A stretch of 42,126 nt of DNA from Candidatus Iainarchaeum sp. (GCA_017608995.1 JAFCEU010000001.1:1-42126), one strand, 5' to 3'. Numbered from the stretch's first letter, positions 33,785 to 41,428 are shown. Numbers and translations are program-made. The notes: generated from the letters alone by a model not told the origin.

Positions 33785-33816
33785 TAAAAAAAGGTAGTGG
33801 TTGAACTACCTTTTTT
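33785..33816. terminator. bidirectional-type hairpin flanked by A-run and T-run
   Basis: 12-bp perfect stem AAAAAAGGTAGT/ACTACCTTTTTT with a 6-nt loop, overlapping the stop of 33815..34069. Confidence 0.6.
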
Positions 33817-34069
33817 AACGCATTTTTGGACCTACACATTCAACCATTGCTCTTTGCAGGTCTGCTTTACTCATACCTTTTCTAATCCCACAAGTTGCTG
33901 CAACATCTCTAACTTTTCTTTGCTGAGAAGTTGTAGGATATTCTCTTGGTAGCGATGCAAGAACAAAACCTCTGTTCCCGCCAACGGTAAAAGCAGCATC
34001 CCTCGCTTTATAGGCCTTTGGTCGGCTTTTTAGGTAGAAACCTTTTCTAACATTTTTTATAACAGTCAT
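33815..34069 (-). CDS. small basic protein (84 aa)
   Basis: GGTGA SD, then ATG 34069. Confidence 0.65.
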   Translation of the reverse strand: MTVIKNVRKGFYLKSRPKAYKARDAAFTVGGNRGFVLASLPREYPTTSQQRKVRDVAATCGIRKGMSKADLQRAMVECVGPKMR

Positions 34070-34151
34070 TGAATTCACCAATTATCTATGGAAGCACAAG
34101 TATTTAAACATATAGGATAGTATTCATATATAGTATTTCATAGGTGATAAT

Positions 34152-34316
34152 ATGAGAAAAATTCAAATAAATATCCAATTGCCAAAAAAATTAATTGAAA
34201 CCCTTGATTGTGTGAAAAAAAATTTTGGGGCAAGTAGAAACTTCATCATCCAAAAAGCTCTTGAACTTTATTTTGACAAAAACATAGAATGGATTGAAAA
34301 AGCTAAAAAGGAATAA
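34152..34316 (+). CDS. ribbon-helix-helix (CopG/Arc-like) protein (54 aa)
   Basis: MRKIQINIQLPKKLIETLD...GASRNFIIQKALELYF fits the RHH beta-alpha-alpha pattern; AGGTGA SD. Confidence 0.65.
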   Translation: MRKIQINIQLPKKLIETLDCVKKNFGASRNFIIQKALELYFDKNIEWIEKAKKE

Positions 34317-34434
34317 GATATGTGGGGCCTTTTCTTTTCTTCATTTCTTTAGCCCTTTCTTCGGTTATAACATAAAAAGCAGTACTTGCCCCAATCCCAA
34401 TTAATGCCAAAAAAAATTTCTGTTTATTGAGCAT
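34303..34434 (-). CDS. small membrane protein (43 aa)
   Basis: ATG overlaps the upstream stop by 11 nt; FFLALIGIGASTAFYVI. Confidence 0.35.
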   Translation of the reverse strand: MLNKQKFFLALIGIGASTAFYVITEERAKEMKKRKGPTYLIPF

Positions 34435-34633
34435 TATTTTGCACCTCCTTTTCAACTTCCCTTTTCAATTCCTTAAAAAATCGGTCCCCAAATTTTTTAT
34501 GTAAACGCTCAATTAATTCCTCAGCAGTCATTTTATTTGCATAAAGATTTTTAACTAACAAATCACAATAGTCTTCTTTACCCAGTTTTCTACAAACTTT
34601 TTTAGTCATATTGCAGATTGGACATTCAACCAT
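34424..34633 (-). CDS. small Cys-containing protein (69 aa)
   Basis: GAGGAG SD; CPIC...C...C. Confidence 0.6.
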   Translation of the reverse strand: MVECPICNMTKKVCRKLGKEDYCDLLVKNLYANKMTAEELIERLHKKFGDRFFKELKREVEKEVQNNAQ

Positions 34634-34713
34634 GTTTTACTCCTCAACTCTTCCCATACAACACTAATATTTATTAATCTGCGATACTATTAATTCTTTT
34701 GTTGTGATTTAAA

Positions 34714-35022
34714 ATGGGACTAATCGTTGATGAAGAAAAAGCAAGGAAAACCCCTTGTAAATGCTTTCAAATAGGGCCAACAAAAGAAGCCCATGACCTA
34801 TTATGCTTTAGCCCCGGAATTATTGGAACGCTTACGAATGCCCAAGACACAGCCTATTGCACTAAACGGAATATAGAGCCCCCTTCCCCTGCACTGAAAA
34901 AGCGGATTGCCGAGTTCACTGAAGCAGTTCATGCCGCCGCAAGGCGTTATAAAGGGCAGGGCATTCAAACTTGGCTTCGCTTTGTTGGAGAAGAAATGGA
35001 TAAAAGAGGATTGGAAATATGA
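34714..35022 (+). CDS. hypothetical protein (102 aa)
   Basis: ORF with no SD (possibly leaderless). Confidence 0.55.
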   Translation: MGLIVDEEKARKTPCKCFQIGPTKEAHDLLCFSPGIIGTLTNAQDTAYCTKRNIEPPSPALKKRIAEFTEAVHAAARRYKGQGIQTWLRFVGEEMDKRGLEI

Positions 35023-35056
35023 TAGAAAAGAAATGGATAAAAAGGTGGTGATTTGA

Positions 35057-35248
35057 ATGTCTTTCGGGTTAGGATTGAGAAATAGGGCCTTTTCTCCGTT
35101 AGGTAGAATGCCTGGGGGCTTTGGTTTAGGACCTTCTGGTGAATGCGTTTGTCCAAACTGTGGTTATGTTGGTTCACACCAGCTTGGCGTTCCCTGTTAT
35201 CAAACCAAGTGCCCAAAATGCGGGGCCTATATGACCAGGGTAAGGTGA
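35057..35248 (+). CDS. zinc-ribbon protein resembling DUF5320
   Basis: AAGGTGGTGA SD. Gly-rich N-terminus, then CVCPNCGY...GVPCYQTKCPKCGAYMTR. Confidence 0.6.
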   Translation: MSFGLGLRNRAFSPLGRMPGGFGLGPSGECVCPNCGYVGSHQLGVPCYQTKCPKCGAYMTRVR

Positions 35249-35289
35249 ACAAGGGTTGGGAAAGTTGAATGTTAAAGAGGGGATTTTAG

Positions 35290-35565
35290 ATGGTTGAAGA
35301 ATTGCCTTTTGCAGGAGTGAGTTGTAATAATCAAAGATGTAAATTCTGGTGGCTGGCAACAATAAAAGGTACTATTGTTGAGGCAGAAGCACCAGTGGAT
35401 GATGTTCTTGGAGCCTGTAAAATAACTCCAACGATTGGGGCGGTAGTTCGTATTGAAAGATGTCTTAAAGATTTGCTAAAAGATTCAAAAGTTAGATTGA
35501 AAGATTCAAAAGTTAGATTGGAGGGTCGCCGCACTGTCAAACCAAGTGCGGGGCCTATAAGGTGA
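35290..35565 (+). CDS. hypothetical protein (91 aa) with an internal 7-aa duplication
   Basis: ORF; its 3' end overlaps a degenerate copy of the 35057 gene 3' end in another frame. Confidence 0.5.
   Translation: MVEELPFAGVSCNNQRCKFWWLATIKGTIVEAEAPVDDVLGACKITPTIGAVVRIERCLKDLLKDSKVRLKDSKVRLEGRRTVKPSAGPIR
35479..35520. repeat. perfect 21-bp tandem repeat x2 (AAAGATTCAAAAGTTAGATTG)
   Basis: 35479-35499 equals 35500-35520; encodes KDSKVRL x2. Confidence 0.9.
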
Positions 35566-35570
35566 ATAAA

Positions 35571-35819
35571 ATGCCTTTTGTTTCAAGTGTTTGCGCAGAG
35601 CTTCTTTCTGGTATTGAAGAGTATGCAACAAGGGTTGGAAAAGAGGACCTGGTTAGAGCAATTAAGGTTGAATGTAAACCCTTTGAGAAAAGGGCACGGA
35701 AAAAGAGAGCCCCCTCAGCTTACAATAACCATATGAGTGTTTGCGTTAAGTCAAAAACAGGGCGCATTCAAGACAGGTTCAGGGAATGCGCAAAAGAATG
35801 GAGGTCGAAACATGGTTGA
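35571..35819 (+). CDS. small basic protein with HMG-box/YABBY-like motif
   Basis: AAGGTGA SD, then ATG 35571. EKRARKKRAPSAYNNHM...RFRECAKEWRS resembles EKRQR-x-PSAYN-x-F...F...AAKNW. Confidence 0.5.
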   Translation: MPFVSSVCAELLSGIEEYATRVGKEDLVRAIKVECKPFEKRARKKRAPSAYNNHMSVCVKSKTGRIQDRFRECAKEWRSKHG

Positions 35820-36000
35820 AAAATGCACTTTGGATGAGAAAGTAAAGGCTTTTTTCATGCTAAGGTTTAATAAGCGATTTGACCAAGATCCAGAATACTT
35901 TGCAGAATGGAGAAAAAGGTTTTTAACTGAAAACCCAGAGGCATATATGGATAAAACTTCGTTAGCAGTTTACAAAATAATAAAAGAGGCTTGTAAATGA
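35812..36000 (+). CDS. hypothetical protein (62 aa)
   Basis: GGAGGT SD, then ATG 35812; 8-nt overlap with the upstream gene. Confidence 0.55.
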   Translation: MVEKCTLDEKVKAFFMLRFNKRFDQDPEYFAEWRKRFLTENPEAYMDKTSLAVYKIIKEACK

Positions 36001-36233
36001 TTCCTGAAAGCTGTAAAAAATTAGCAAAACATATGGCCCACTATACAGATTATAACTTTTTAGGTCAATCCCTACAACTACAATGCGCAATAGATAGCAC
36101 AGATTTCACTAAAAAAAGTGATATTGAAGAGTTGAAAAGAAAAGCAAAACTTGTTGTAAAAAATTTATCCAGACTTATAGAAGAAGAGCCATCAATTCCA
36201 TATCCTAAAGGTTATTTTGGAGGAAAATTATGA
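35997..36233 (+). CDS. hypothetical protein (78 aa)
   Basis: ATGA overlaps at both ends. Confidence 0.6.
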   Translation: MIPESCKKLAKHMAHYTDYNFLGQSLQLQCAIDSTDFTKKSDIEELKRKAKLVVKNLSRLIEEEPSIPYPKGYFGGKL

Positions 36234-36796
36234 CTCCAGAGGAAAAGAAGTGGATGCTCATTGCAGGCTTGGTTGGCGCAGGAGCGCTTGGTCTAGTGGC
36301 TTTTTTTTTAACGAGACCAAAAGCAGTTCCCTCTCCAACAACGGCTGCTCCAGCTGCCCCAGTAAAAGTTGGCATTGAAGGCCAGATGATTGAATTGGCT
36401 TCAAGGCAGTTAGGCGTGCCAAGAGAAGGCTTAACAGTGAGAGGGCTTTCACCAAGCGATTTAGGGCTAACGTCCTACAACTTCAATTTGGTTTCAGGCT
36501 CAAATACAATAGTCAATACAACAATAGCAGACAGCAGGTTTATAGCAATAACAGGCATAACCTATACAGGGACAGTGGCAAGCAGCATGACAGTGCAAGC
36601 AGGCGGAAGAATGGTGGAAGCATACCCAATCAGGTTCATAGCGGAATTGGAAGGACACACTTGGCACGATACAACGCCAACAATAATCCAGCAAAACTGG
36701 CCTGTTACAATAACAGTTCAGGCAACAGGCAACGCAACCGAGCTAATCGCATTAGATGGCATAGTGGTCGAGAAAAAGGGAATGGTATTAGCATAA
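36230..36796 (+). CDS. membrane-anchored paralog of 26488..26994 (188 aa)
   Basis: N-terminal WMLIAGLVGAGALGLVAFFL and a Pro/Ala linker, then a domain alignable to 26488..26994, including the C-terminal GIVVEKKGMVLA. Confidence 0.7.
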   Translation: MTPEEKKWMLIAGLVGAGALGLVAFFLTRPKAVPSPTTAAPAAPVKVGIEGQMIELASRQLGVPREGLTVRGLSPSDLGLTSYNFNLVSGSNTIVNTTIADSRFIAITGITYTGTVASSMTVQAGGRMVEAYPIRFIAELEGHTWHDTTPTIIQQNWPVTITVQATGNATELIALDGIVVEKKGMVLA

Positions 36797-36798
36797 AG

Positions 36799-37149
36799 CT
36801 AAATAAGAGGGGAACACTGCCTTATTCTGATTGTTTCCTTTTTCCAGTCAATTTCAGCATCAAACGATTGTAGTTCTGGTTGGCCAAGCAAAACATTTCC
36901 ATCTAAAATATAAAAAATGCTTGCTCGTGAACAACCATTTACTGAAACTGTCCCAGCGCCTATTGGGACTTCTGCTTCCTTGCCATTTGGTGGAACTGGG
37001 ACTTTCCTTTTAAATAACTCCTTTATACCAAGTTCTTCTGCCAAAATTTTAGGTATAGCAGAATAAGAGGACGCGATATCTATTATTGCTTCAACTTCCT
37101 TCTCTTTTTCAGGTCCTGCAATCTTGATTTTTTTTCTTAATATACCCAT
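36799..37149 (-). CDS. retropepsin-like (clan AA) protein with non-canonical active-site triplet
   Basis: ...VEAIIDIASSYSAIPKILAEELGI... and ...NVLLGQPELQSF... match the L-I-D-T/S-G-A...LG-x-D-x-L layout, but with D-I-A in place of D-T/S-G. Confidence 0.5.
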   Translation of the reverse strand: MGILRKKIKIAGPEKEKEVEAIIDIASSYSAIPKILAEELGIKELFKRKVPVPPNGKEAEVPIGAGTVSVNGCSRASIFYILDGNVLLGQPELQSFDAEIDWKKETIRIRQCSPLI

Positions 37150-37180
37150 ATAAATAATGTGTTCTTTGAAACTTATTAAT

Positions 37181-37221
37181 TTTTTCTAAAAAAAGAAAAG
37201 AGGAAGACTTACCCGTCTTCC
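37181..37221 (-). terminator. hairpin plus T-rich tail for the 37209..37661 transcript
   Basis: GGAAGAC/GTCTTCC 7-bp stem around the stop, followed on the minus strand by CTCTTTTCTTTTTTT. Confidence 0.5.
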
Positions 37222-37661
37222 ATTCTTGTTCCGTTATCTGGTTGGGTCACTTGGGGGGTATCCTGCGTTGGCTCTTCCTCTGTCCTTTCCCCCTTTGGGA
37301 CAACAGTATACTGTGTTTGAAAGCCCTCGCCAGTTTTCTCAATCCTGAAACGCTTTTTGTAGATTGATTCATCTTCATCCATATAGGGCTTCAAAGTGTT
37401 GAATAGGCGCTTGCTTGTCGAGGAAAGGACTTTGGGCTCATCCTCTGGAATCTTCTCACCGTTGATGGATTCAACGCCAATCTCAAAAAACCATTTGTTG
37501 CTTACTTCTCCAGTGTCTCTGTCAGTAACAGCCTTTTGAACCTGTTTCACGCTCCCAGGGATGAATTCTACTTCGACTGGCTTGTTTGACTCAAGTTTTA
37601 AGAAATCGCCTTCAAATTTCTGCTCATCAATGCCATACTTTTCCTTAACAATATCTTGCAC
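37209..37661 (-). CDS. hypothetical protein with acidic C-terminal tail (possible ssDNA-binding protein)
   Basis: AAGGAGGTGA SD, GTG start. Beta-rich core ...RFRIEKTGEGFQTQYTVVP, then a Glu/Asp/Pro/Thr-rich tail. Confidence 0.65.
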   Translation of the reverse strand: MQDIVKEKYGIDEQKFEGDFLKLESNKPVEVEFIPGSVKQVQKAVTDRDTGEVSNKWFFEIGVESINGEKIPEDEPKVLSSTSKRLFNTLKPYMDEDESIYKKRFRIEKTGEGFQTQYTVVPKGERTEEEPTQDTPQVTQPDNGTRMEDG

Positions 37662-37732
37662 TGCCTTTCACCTCCTTGCAGTTACACTAAATATTACTGT
37701 GGTAACTATTTAAAAAATTATCGGAAAAGGTT

Positions 37733-37960
37733 TCAATCCTTATGTTTTCGGTAGTTGTTGATGAAATTCAACAATGCCTTCAAAGTGATTGTGACACCGG
37801 CAACTGAAACCACTGCGTCAGGGCACTGTTGGGCCAAGCCAGTGAAATTCATCCAAGCAATTGTTCCCACTGCTGCGACCGCACTCATAAACCAGTCCTT
37901 TACGCTCTTCCAAATGCCATAGCCAACATCATACTTTGCAAAAAACGGTTGATTTGGCAT
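37733..37960 (-). CDS. small membrane protein (75 aa)
   Basis: AAGGAGG SD; FMSAVAAVGTIAWM and VVSVAGVTITL. Confidence 0.65.
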   Translation of the reverse strand: MPNQPFFAKYDVGYGIWKSVKDWFMSAVAAVGTIAWMNFTGLAQQCPDAVVSVAGVTITLKALLNFINNYRKHKD

Positions 37961-38055
37961 AAATCTCGCCTCCTTACAAATAATATTCCTTCAACTACTT
38001 AATTCTAACTGCTTGTTATTTTGAAAAAAAAAAGAAATTTTTAGTTCTTAGTTCT

Positions 38056-38187
38056 TTATAGAATTGTTAAAACAGCCTCAACAATTCCAACGGCTAAACC
38101 AAAACCCAACCCAGCAATGCCTAAATACGCTACACTTTCAACAAGCTTCTTCGCGTAGTCAGCAATGCCATTATCAACATTGGTCAT
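38056..38187 (-). CDS. small membrane protein (43 aa)
   Basis: GAGGTGGTAA SD; YLGIAGLGFGLAVGIVEAVLTIL; verified by hand. Confidence 0.55.
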   Translation of the reverse strand: MTNVDNGIADYAKKLVESVAYLGIAGLGFGLAVGIVEAVLTIL

Positions 38188-38255
38188 GGTATCTTACCAC
38201 CTCAAACTAAATTTGCGAAGCCGTAGTTTAAATAAGTATTGGTTAACCGAGGGAC

Positions 38256-38462
38256 CTACTTCTTCTTCAGCATTGGCAACCCAGTGCGCTCGTTCTCAAT
38301 AACCTCAAAGCCAGAAGGCAAGTCAATGCCCTCGTCTGGATTTTTACTGAAGAAGTAAAGGGTGTTTCCATTTGTTCCAACTCTTTTATGCAGAAAATAT
38401 TTCTGACCTTTTGTATTTATTTTCTCATAACCCAAAGCAAAAACCTCCATAACTATTGCCAC
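38256..38462 (-). CDS. hypothetical protein (64-68 aa); start GTG 38462 or ATG 38450
   Basis: ...YFLHKRV...LYFFSKNPDEGIDLPSGFEVIENERTGLPMLKKK conserved-looking C-terminus. Confidence 0.6.
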   Translation of the reverse strand: MAIVMEVFALGYEKINTKGQKYFLHKRVGTNGNTLYFFSKNPDEGIDLPSGFEVIENERTGLPMLKKK

Positions 38463-38488
38463 TTATCTTCTTTAAAATGGTTTCTCCT

Positions 38489-38695
38489 TTACCCTTTTGT
38501 GAAATCCACTTGCTGACCCTGAAACTGAGCTTGGACAAAAAACTGAAATAACTCAAGGAAACGGCAATCCTTGGTTGAGTCATTCCGCCATCTGCATTTC
38601 TCTGAACAAGGCCTCCTGTCATCAAGGAAGCAATTTTTGGACGGGAAACTGATTTCAGGCTCAAACTGTGTTGCTTTCGTTTTCTTTCTCTGCAT
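38489..38695 (-). CDS. small Cys-containing protein (68 aa)
   Basis: AAGGAGGTGA SD 6 nt before ATG 38695. Confidence 0.6.
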   Translation of the reverse strand: MQRKKTKATQFEPEISFPSKNCFLDDRRPCSEKCRWRNDSTKDCRFLELFQFFVQAQFQGQQVDFTKG

Positions 38696-38876
38696 TTGTT
38701 TTCACCTCCTTCTTCTCCCTTGGGGCTTGGAATTTCTGTTCATGGCCCCCAAAATCAACCCATTTGTCATTCCAGAAAAGCCATTTCCGCAAAGCCCTCT
38801 CTTCCTTATTCAGCTTCTGGCGAGGCAACTGAAGCCTGCGCCTCTGGTACGGAAGCAGCTCATCCCACTTCTTCAA
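38661..38876 (-). CDS. hypothetical basic protein (71 aa, TTG start)
   Basis: AAGGGGGT SD 5 nt before the TTG, inside the 3' end of the upstream gene. Confidence 0.45.
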   Translation of the reverse strand: MKKWDELLPYQRRRLQLPRQKLNKEERALRKWLFWNDKWVDFGGHEQKFQAPREKKEVKTNAEKENESNTV

Positions 38877-40656
38877 AATAATACCCCCTTATACGCATAT
38901 ACTGTTCAACCAAGGGCTTTGACAGCTCATATTCAACCCCGGCGCCAACCCTTCGCTTCTTAATCAAAGGAATCCGACTCAAACGCCTACCAACAAAGCG
39001 GGGAGTCGGCAAGCTCCTGCCTCTGATTCTTTTATACTCCTGCTCGGTATCAACACCGGCTTCAACCATCAAATGCTCTTTCAGCCAGGAAGTAATTTGG
39101 GTAGTAGAATAGTGCTTGGGCTCATCAATTACATTAGCCAAAATAGAGGCAAACAGGGCGTAGTCCCAGTCGCCGCTCAAATCAACCTTTGCCCTGTCGC
39201 CAAAACAGTTTACCAGAAAATCCAGCATTTGCTGGTGAAGGGCAGAGTCAATTCCTTTCACAATAGCCAGCGGGCCTTTTACCAGCTCTAAATCCCGGTT
39301 ATTAAGCACAGTACACTCATAAGACTCGTAATCCTGCTGGATTCTTTTCCAGTGCGTTAAAACATAGATATGGCAAAAATCCCTAATCAACTGCCATATT
39401 TGGTTTCTGTCATCAGGTTCTCTTTTCCCTTTCTCAGTCAAAGTTTTCATCAGGTGAATTGGAATACACCTTGAGAGAGTAACCGGCTCCAGGCCAGAAA
39501 TGTTTGTAATGATTTTGGGGCAGTAGCAGTCAAAAAACTTTGGTTGAAAGACATCACGCTTTCGCTCAACCCTCATTGTTTTGCCCTTTTTTTTGTAGCC
39601 AATTTTCAGGATTTGAAGCAAAGCATTCCTTTTCTCCTCGGACATCTTGTCGAAGTCGTCTATAACCATTAAACCTTTGAATAGCTCAGGGGCCCTGAAC
39701 AAGGCCGAATCGCTTGGGTCGCTTGCGTCAATTGTGTGGAATGAGCAATTCCCGATTATTTCAGCAAATTTCGTTTTTCCGCTGTCGGATTCCGAGTTGA
39801 AGAAAAGATAGCCAATAGACCTGAATAACTCGAAGCAGTAGGTTGCAATGATATAGGCCGCACCAATCAAGAAAATTCGCTTGTCTGTTACATCCATAAA
39901 GTAGTCCTGGGTTTTTATGAGAATTTCAAACAGGGTTTTTCCTAACTGGTTTGGTGTAGTTTTAGTGTAGTTTAGTGTAGTTTTAGTGTAGTTAATTTTT
40001 AGTGTAGTTTTAGTGTAGTTAGGTGTAGTTAAGGTTTCTGCAATTGGTGTAGTTAGTGTAGGATATGAGGTAGGTCTATACAGATAGGTGAGATGTATAT
40101 TTTTTTTATTTTTTTTATTTATATAAAGGAGCTTCTTTAGAGTATTATCTACACTACCTTCTACATATGCACTAACTACACCACCTACACTTTCAGCATT
40201 TTTACAGAAGTCCGCAATTGATTTATTGCTCCAAGCGTTATCAGTCGGCACCAGCGAAATTCTATAATTCAATCCGGCTTCCTTAATCTCATTTCTTCCA
40301 TAGGACTCGTTTTTCTTTTTTCCTCCTCCAACCTTGACACCACTATAATCAATTAAAACACACCCATTGTCAAAAATCACACTGTCCACAAAGTTTCCTT
40401 CCAATTCTATTTTTTTCCCAAAATAAAAATGGTTTTGGAAAATGCCTTGATTTAAATTATAATGTATAATTTCATCCAGCTTCTCAAAAATTTTCCCCCC
40501 GTTTGTTCTCTCAAAATCATATCGCTCGAGTTCCCAGTCCTTATGTTTACATTCACAGAAGACCTCTGGGATAACAGGCTTTTGTCCCCTTTTCAATTCT
40601 TGGCTAAGCAAATTTCCGCATCGCCTGCATTTCCAGATAGCGGTCTTATCGGCCAT
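38860..40656 (-). CDS. replication protein: N-terminal zinc finger plus P-loop NTPase (DUF3631-like / primase-associated helicase-like)
   Basis: AAGGAGGGGGAAA SD before ATG 40656. CRRCG...CEC; Walker A SESDSGKTK; ...SALFRAPELFKGLMVIDDFDKM (Walker B); ...LKIGYKKKGKTMRVE...CYCPKIITNISGLEPVTLSRCIPIHL resembles the DUF3631 core. Confidence 0.8.
   Translation of the reverse strand: MADKTAIWKCRRCGNLLSQELKRGQKPVIPEVFCECKHKDWELERYDFERTNGGKIFEKLDEIIHYNLNQGIFQNHFYFGKKIELEGNFVDSVIFDNGCVLIDYSGVKVGGGKKKNESYGRNEIKEAGLNYRISLVPTDNAWSNKSIADFCKNAESVGGVVSAYVEGSVDNTLKKLLYINKKNKKNIHLTYLYRPTSYPTLTTPIAETLTTPNYTKTTLKINYTKTTLNYTKTTPNQLGKTLFEILIKTQDYFMDVTDKRIFLIGAAYIIATYCFELFRSIGYLFFNSESDSGKTKFAEIIGNCSFHTIDASDPSDSALFRAPELFKGLMVIDDFDKMSEEKRNALLQILKIGYKKKGKTMRVERKRDVFQPKFFDCYCPKIITNISGLEPVTLSRCIPIHLMKTLTEKGKREPDDRNQIWQLIRDFCHIYVLTHWKRIQQDYESYECTVLNNRDLELVKGPLAIVKGIDSALHQQMLDFLVNCFGDRAKVDLSGDWDYALFASILANVIDEPKHYSTTQITSWLKEHLMVEAGVDTEQEYKRIRGRSLPTPRFVGRRLSRIPLIKKRRVGAGVEYELSKPLVEQYMRIRGYYFEEVG
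39954..40063. repeat. iteron array: 8 perfect GTGTAGTT copies plus 1 partial, mostly 10-11 bp apart
   Basis: Copies start at 39954, 39965, 39975, 39986, 40002, 40013, 40023 and 40047 (partial at 40056); they lie within the replication gene. Confidence 0.85.
40096..40127. promoter_or_regulatory. 32-nt 100% A+T tract (candidate DNA-unwinding element)
   Basis: TATATTTTTTTTATTTTTTTTATTTATATAAA, flanked by the iterons and by an inverted AACTACAC copy at 40174-40181. Confidence 0.5.
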
Positions 40657-40870
40657 TTTCCCCCTCCTTAAAGAAGTAGTAGAACACGCTTTTATCGTTG
40701 TAGAAATATATTTTTTGCTTGTCTTCAAATACGGTTTTGCTTGGATTGAGTTCCTCATTTTTCGCTAATTCGTTGAATTCTTTTAAGGAGAAAACTTCTT
40801 GTGGGACATATTTTTCCTTTAAAAGAGAAATAGAGATTCCGCCTACCTTTACTTTTCTTATTTCGGACAT
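40646..40870 (-). CDS. hypothetical protein (74 aa), first gene of the replication operon
   Basis: ATG-initiated ORF; 11-nt overlap with the downstream gene. Confidence 0.6.
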   Translation of the reverse strand: MSEIRKVKVGGISISLLKEKYVPQEVFSLKEFNELAKNEELNPSKTVFEDKQKIYFYNDKSVFYYFFKEGENGR

Positions 40871-41001
40871 GACTTACTTCACCTTACTACACTCTAAAAA
40901 AATAGAGTGATAAGATATAGTCTTTTCTCTTTAAAAAGCTTTTGCTTAAAGAAAACTTAAACGATATGTTTTTAAGGAGAATAGATGATTAACATAATGA
41001 A

Positions 41002-41304
41002 ATGAACGAGGCTTTACTTGCGCTGATTAGAAAACAATTCTTGGACCAAGGTGGGAACCTTGATGAGTTCCAGGATTTGGTATCCATCTGGGAGAGCATG
41101 GAACACTCCCGAGGAATGATTGCGGAGCGTTTTGGAGGAAGGCAACTTCATCTGATTGCTGATTGCTGCGAATTCTTGCTCCGCAATCTCACCCCCCTTG
41201 AGCAAGAGAAGATTTTAATTGAATTGCAAAAACGCTTACGAAACAAGGCTGCCCGGGACCAGGCAATCTTGCGCAGGTTTATGGTTGTGGGAAAGAATGA
41301 CTAA
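41002..41304 (+). CDS. hypothetical protein (100 aa)
   Basis: ORF after the divergent intergenic region; stop overlaps the next gene start. Confidence 0.6.
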   Translation: MNEALLALIRKQFLDQGGNLDEFQDLVSIWESMEHSRGMIAERFGGRQLHLIADCCEFLLRNLTPLEQEKILIELQKRLRNKAARDQAILRRFMVVGKND

Positions 41305-41428
41305 AACAATAAAAGGAGATTTGATATTAGAAAAAACAATAAAAGGAGATTTGGTCTTAGAAAAAGACACCGTATTTGATAAAAGCATTAGTGTTGAGGG
41401 TAACATTGTTCAAAGCATGGAACATTAA
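41297..41428 (+). CDS. MTKTIKGDL N-terminal module (43 aa) with an internal 30-bp duplication; paralog of 464..625
   Basis: ATG 41297; TIKGDLILEK/TIKGDLVLEK duplicated. The frame stops at 41426-41428 just where the repeat ORF is open in the +1 frame. Confidence 0.5.
   Translation: MTKTIKGDLILEKTIKGDLVLEKDTVFDKSISVEGNIVQSMEH

Noticed and set aside
38425-38664. 79-aa minus-strand ORF
   Set aside because: TTG start without SD. The competing frame 38489..38695 has a perfect AAGGAGGTGA SD and an ATG.
39954-40063. Possibility that the GTGTAGTT array, or the 15-bp array at 41412-41576, is a CRISPR array
   Set aside because: The repeat units are 8 and 15 bp with 2-16 bp or no spacers, and both arrays lie inside ORFs that stay open. 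This is not CRISPR architecture.
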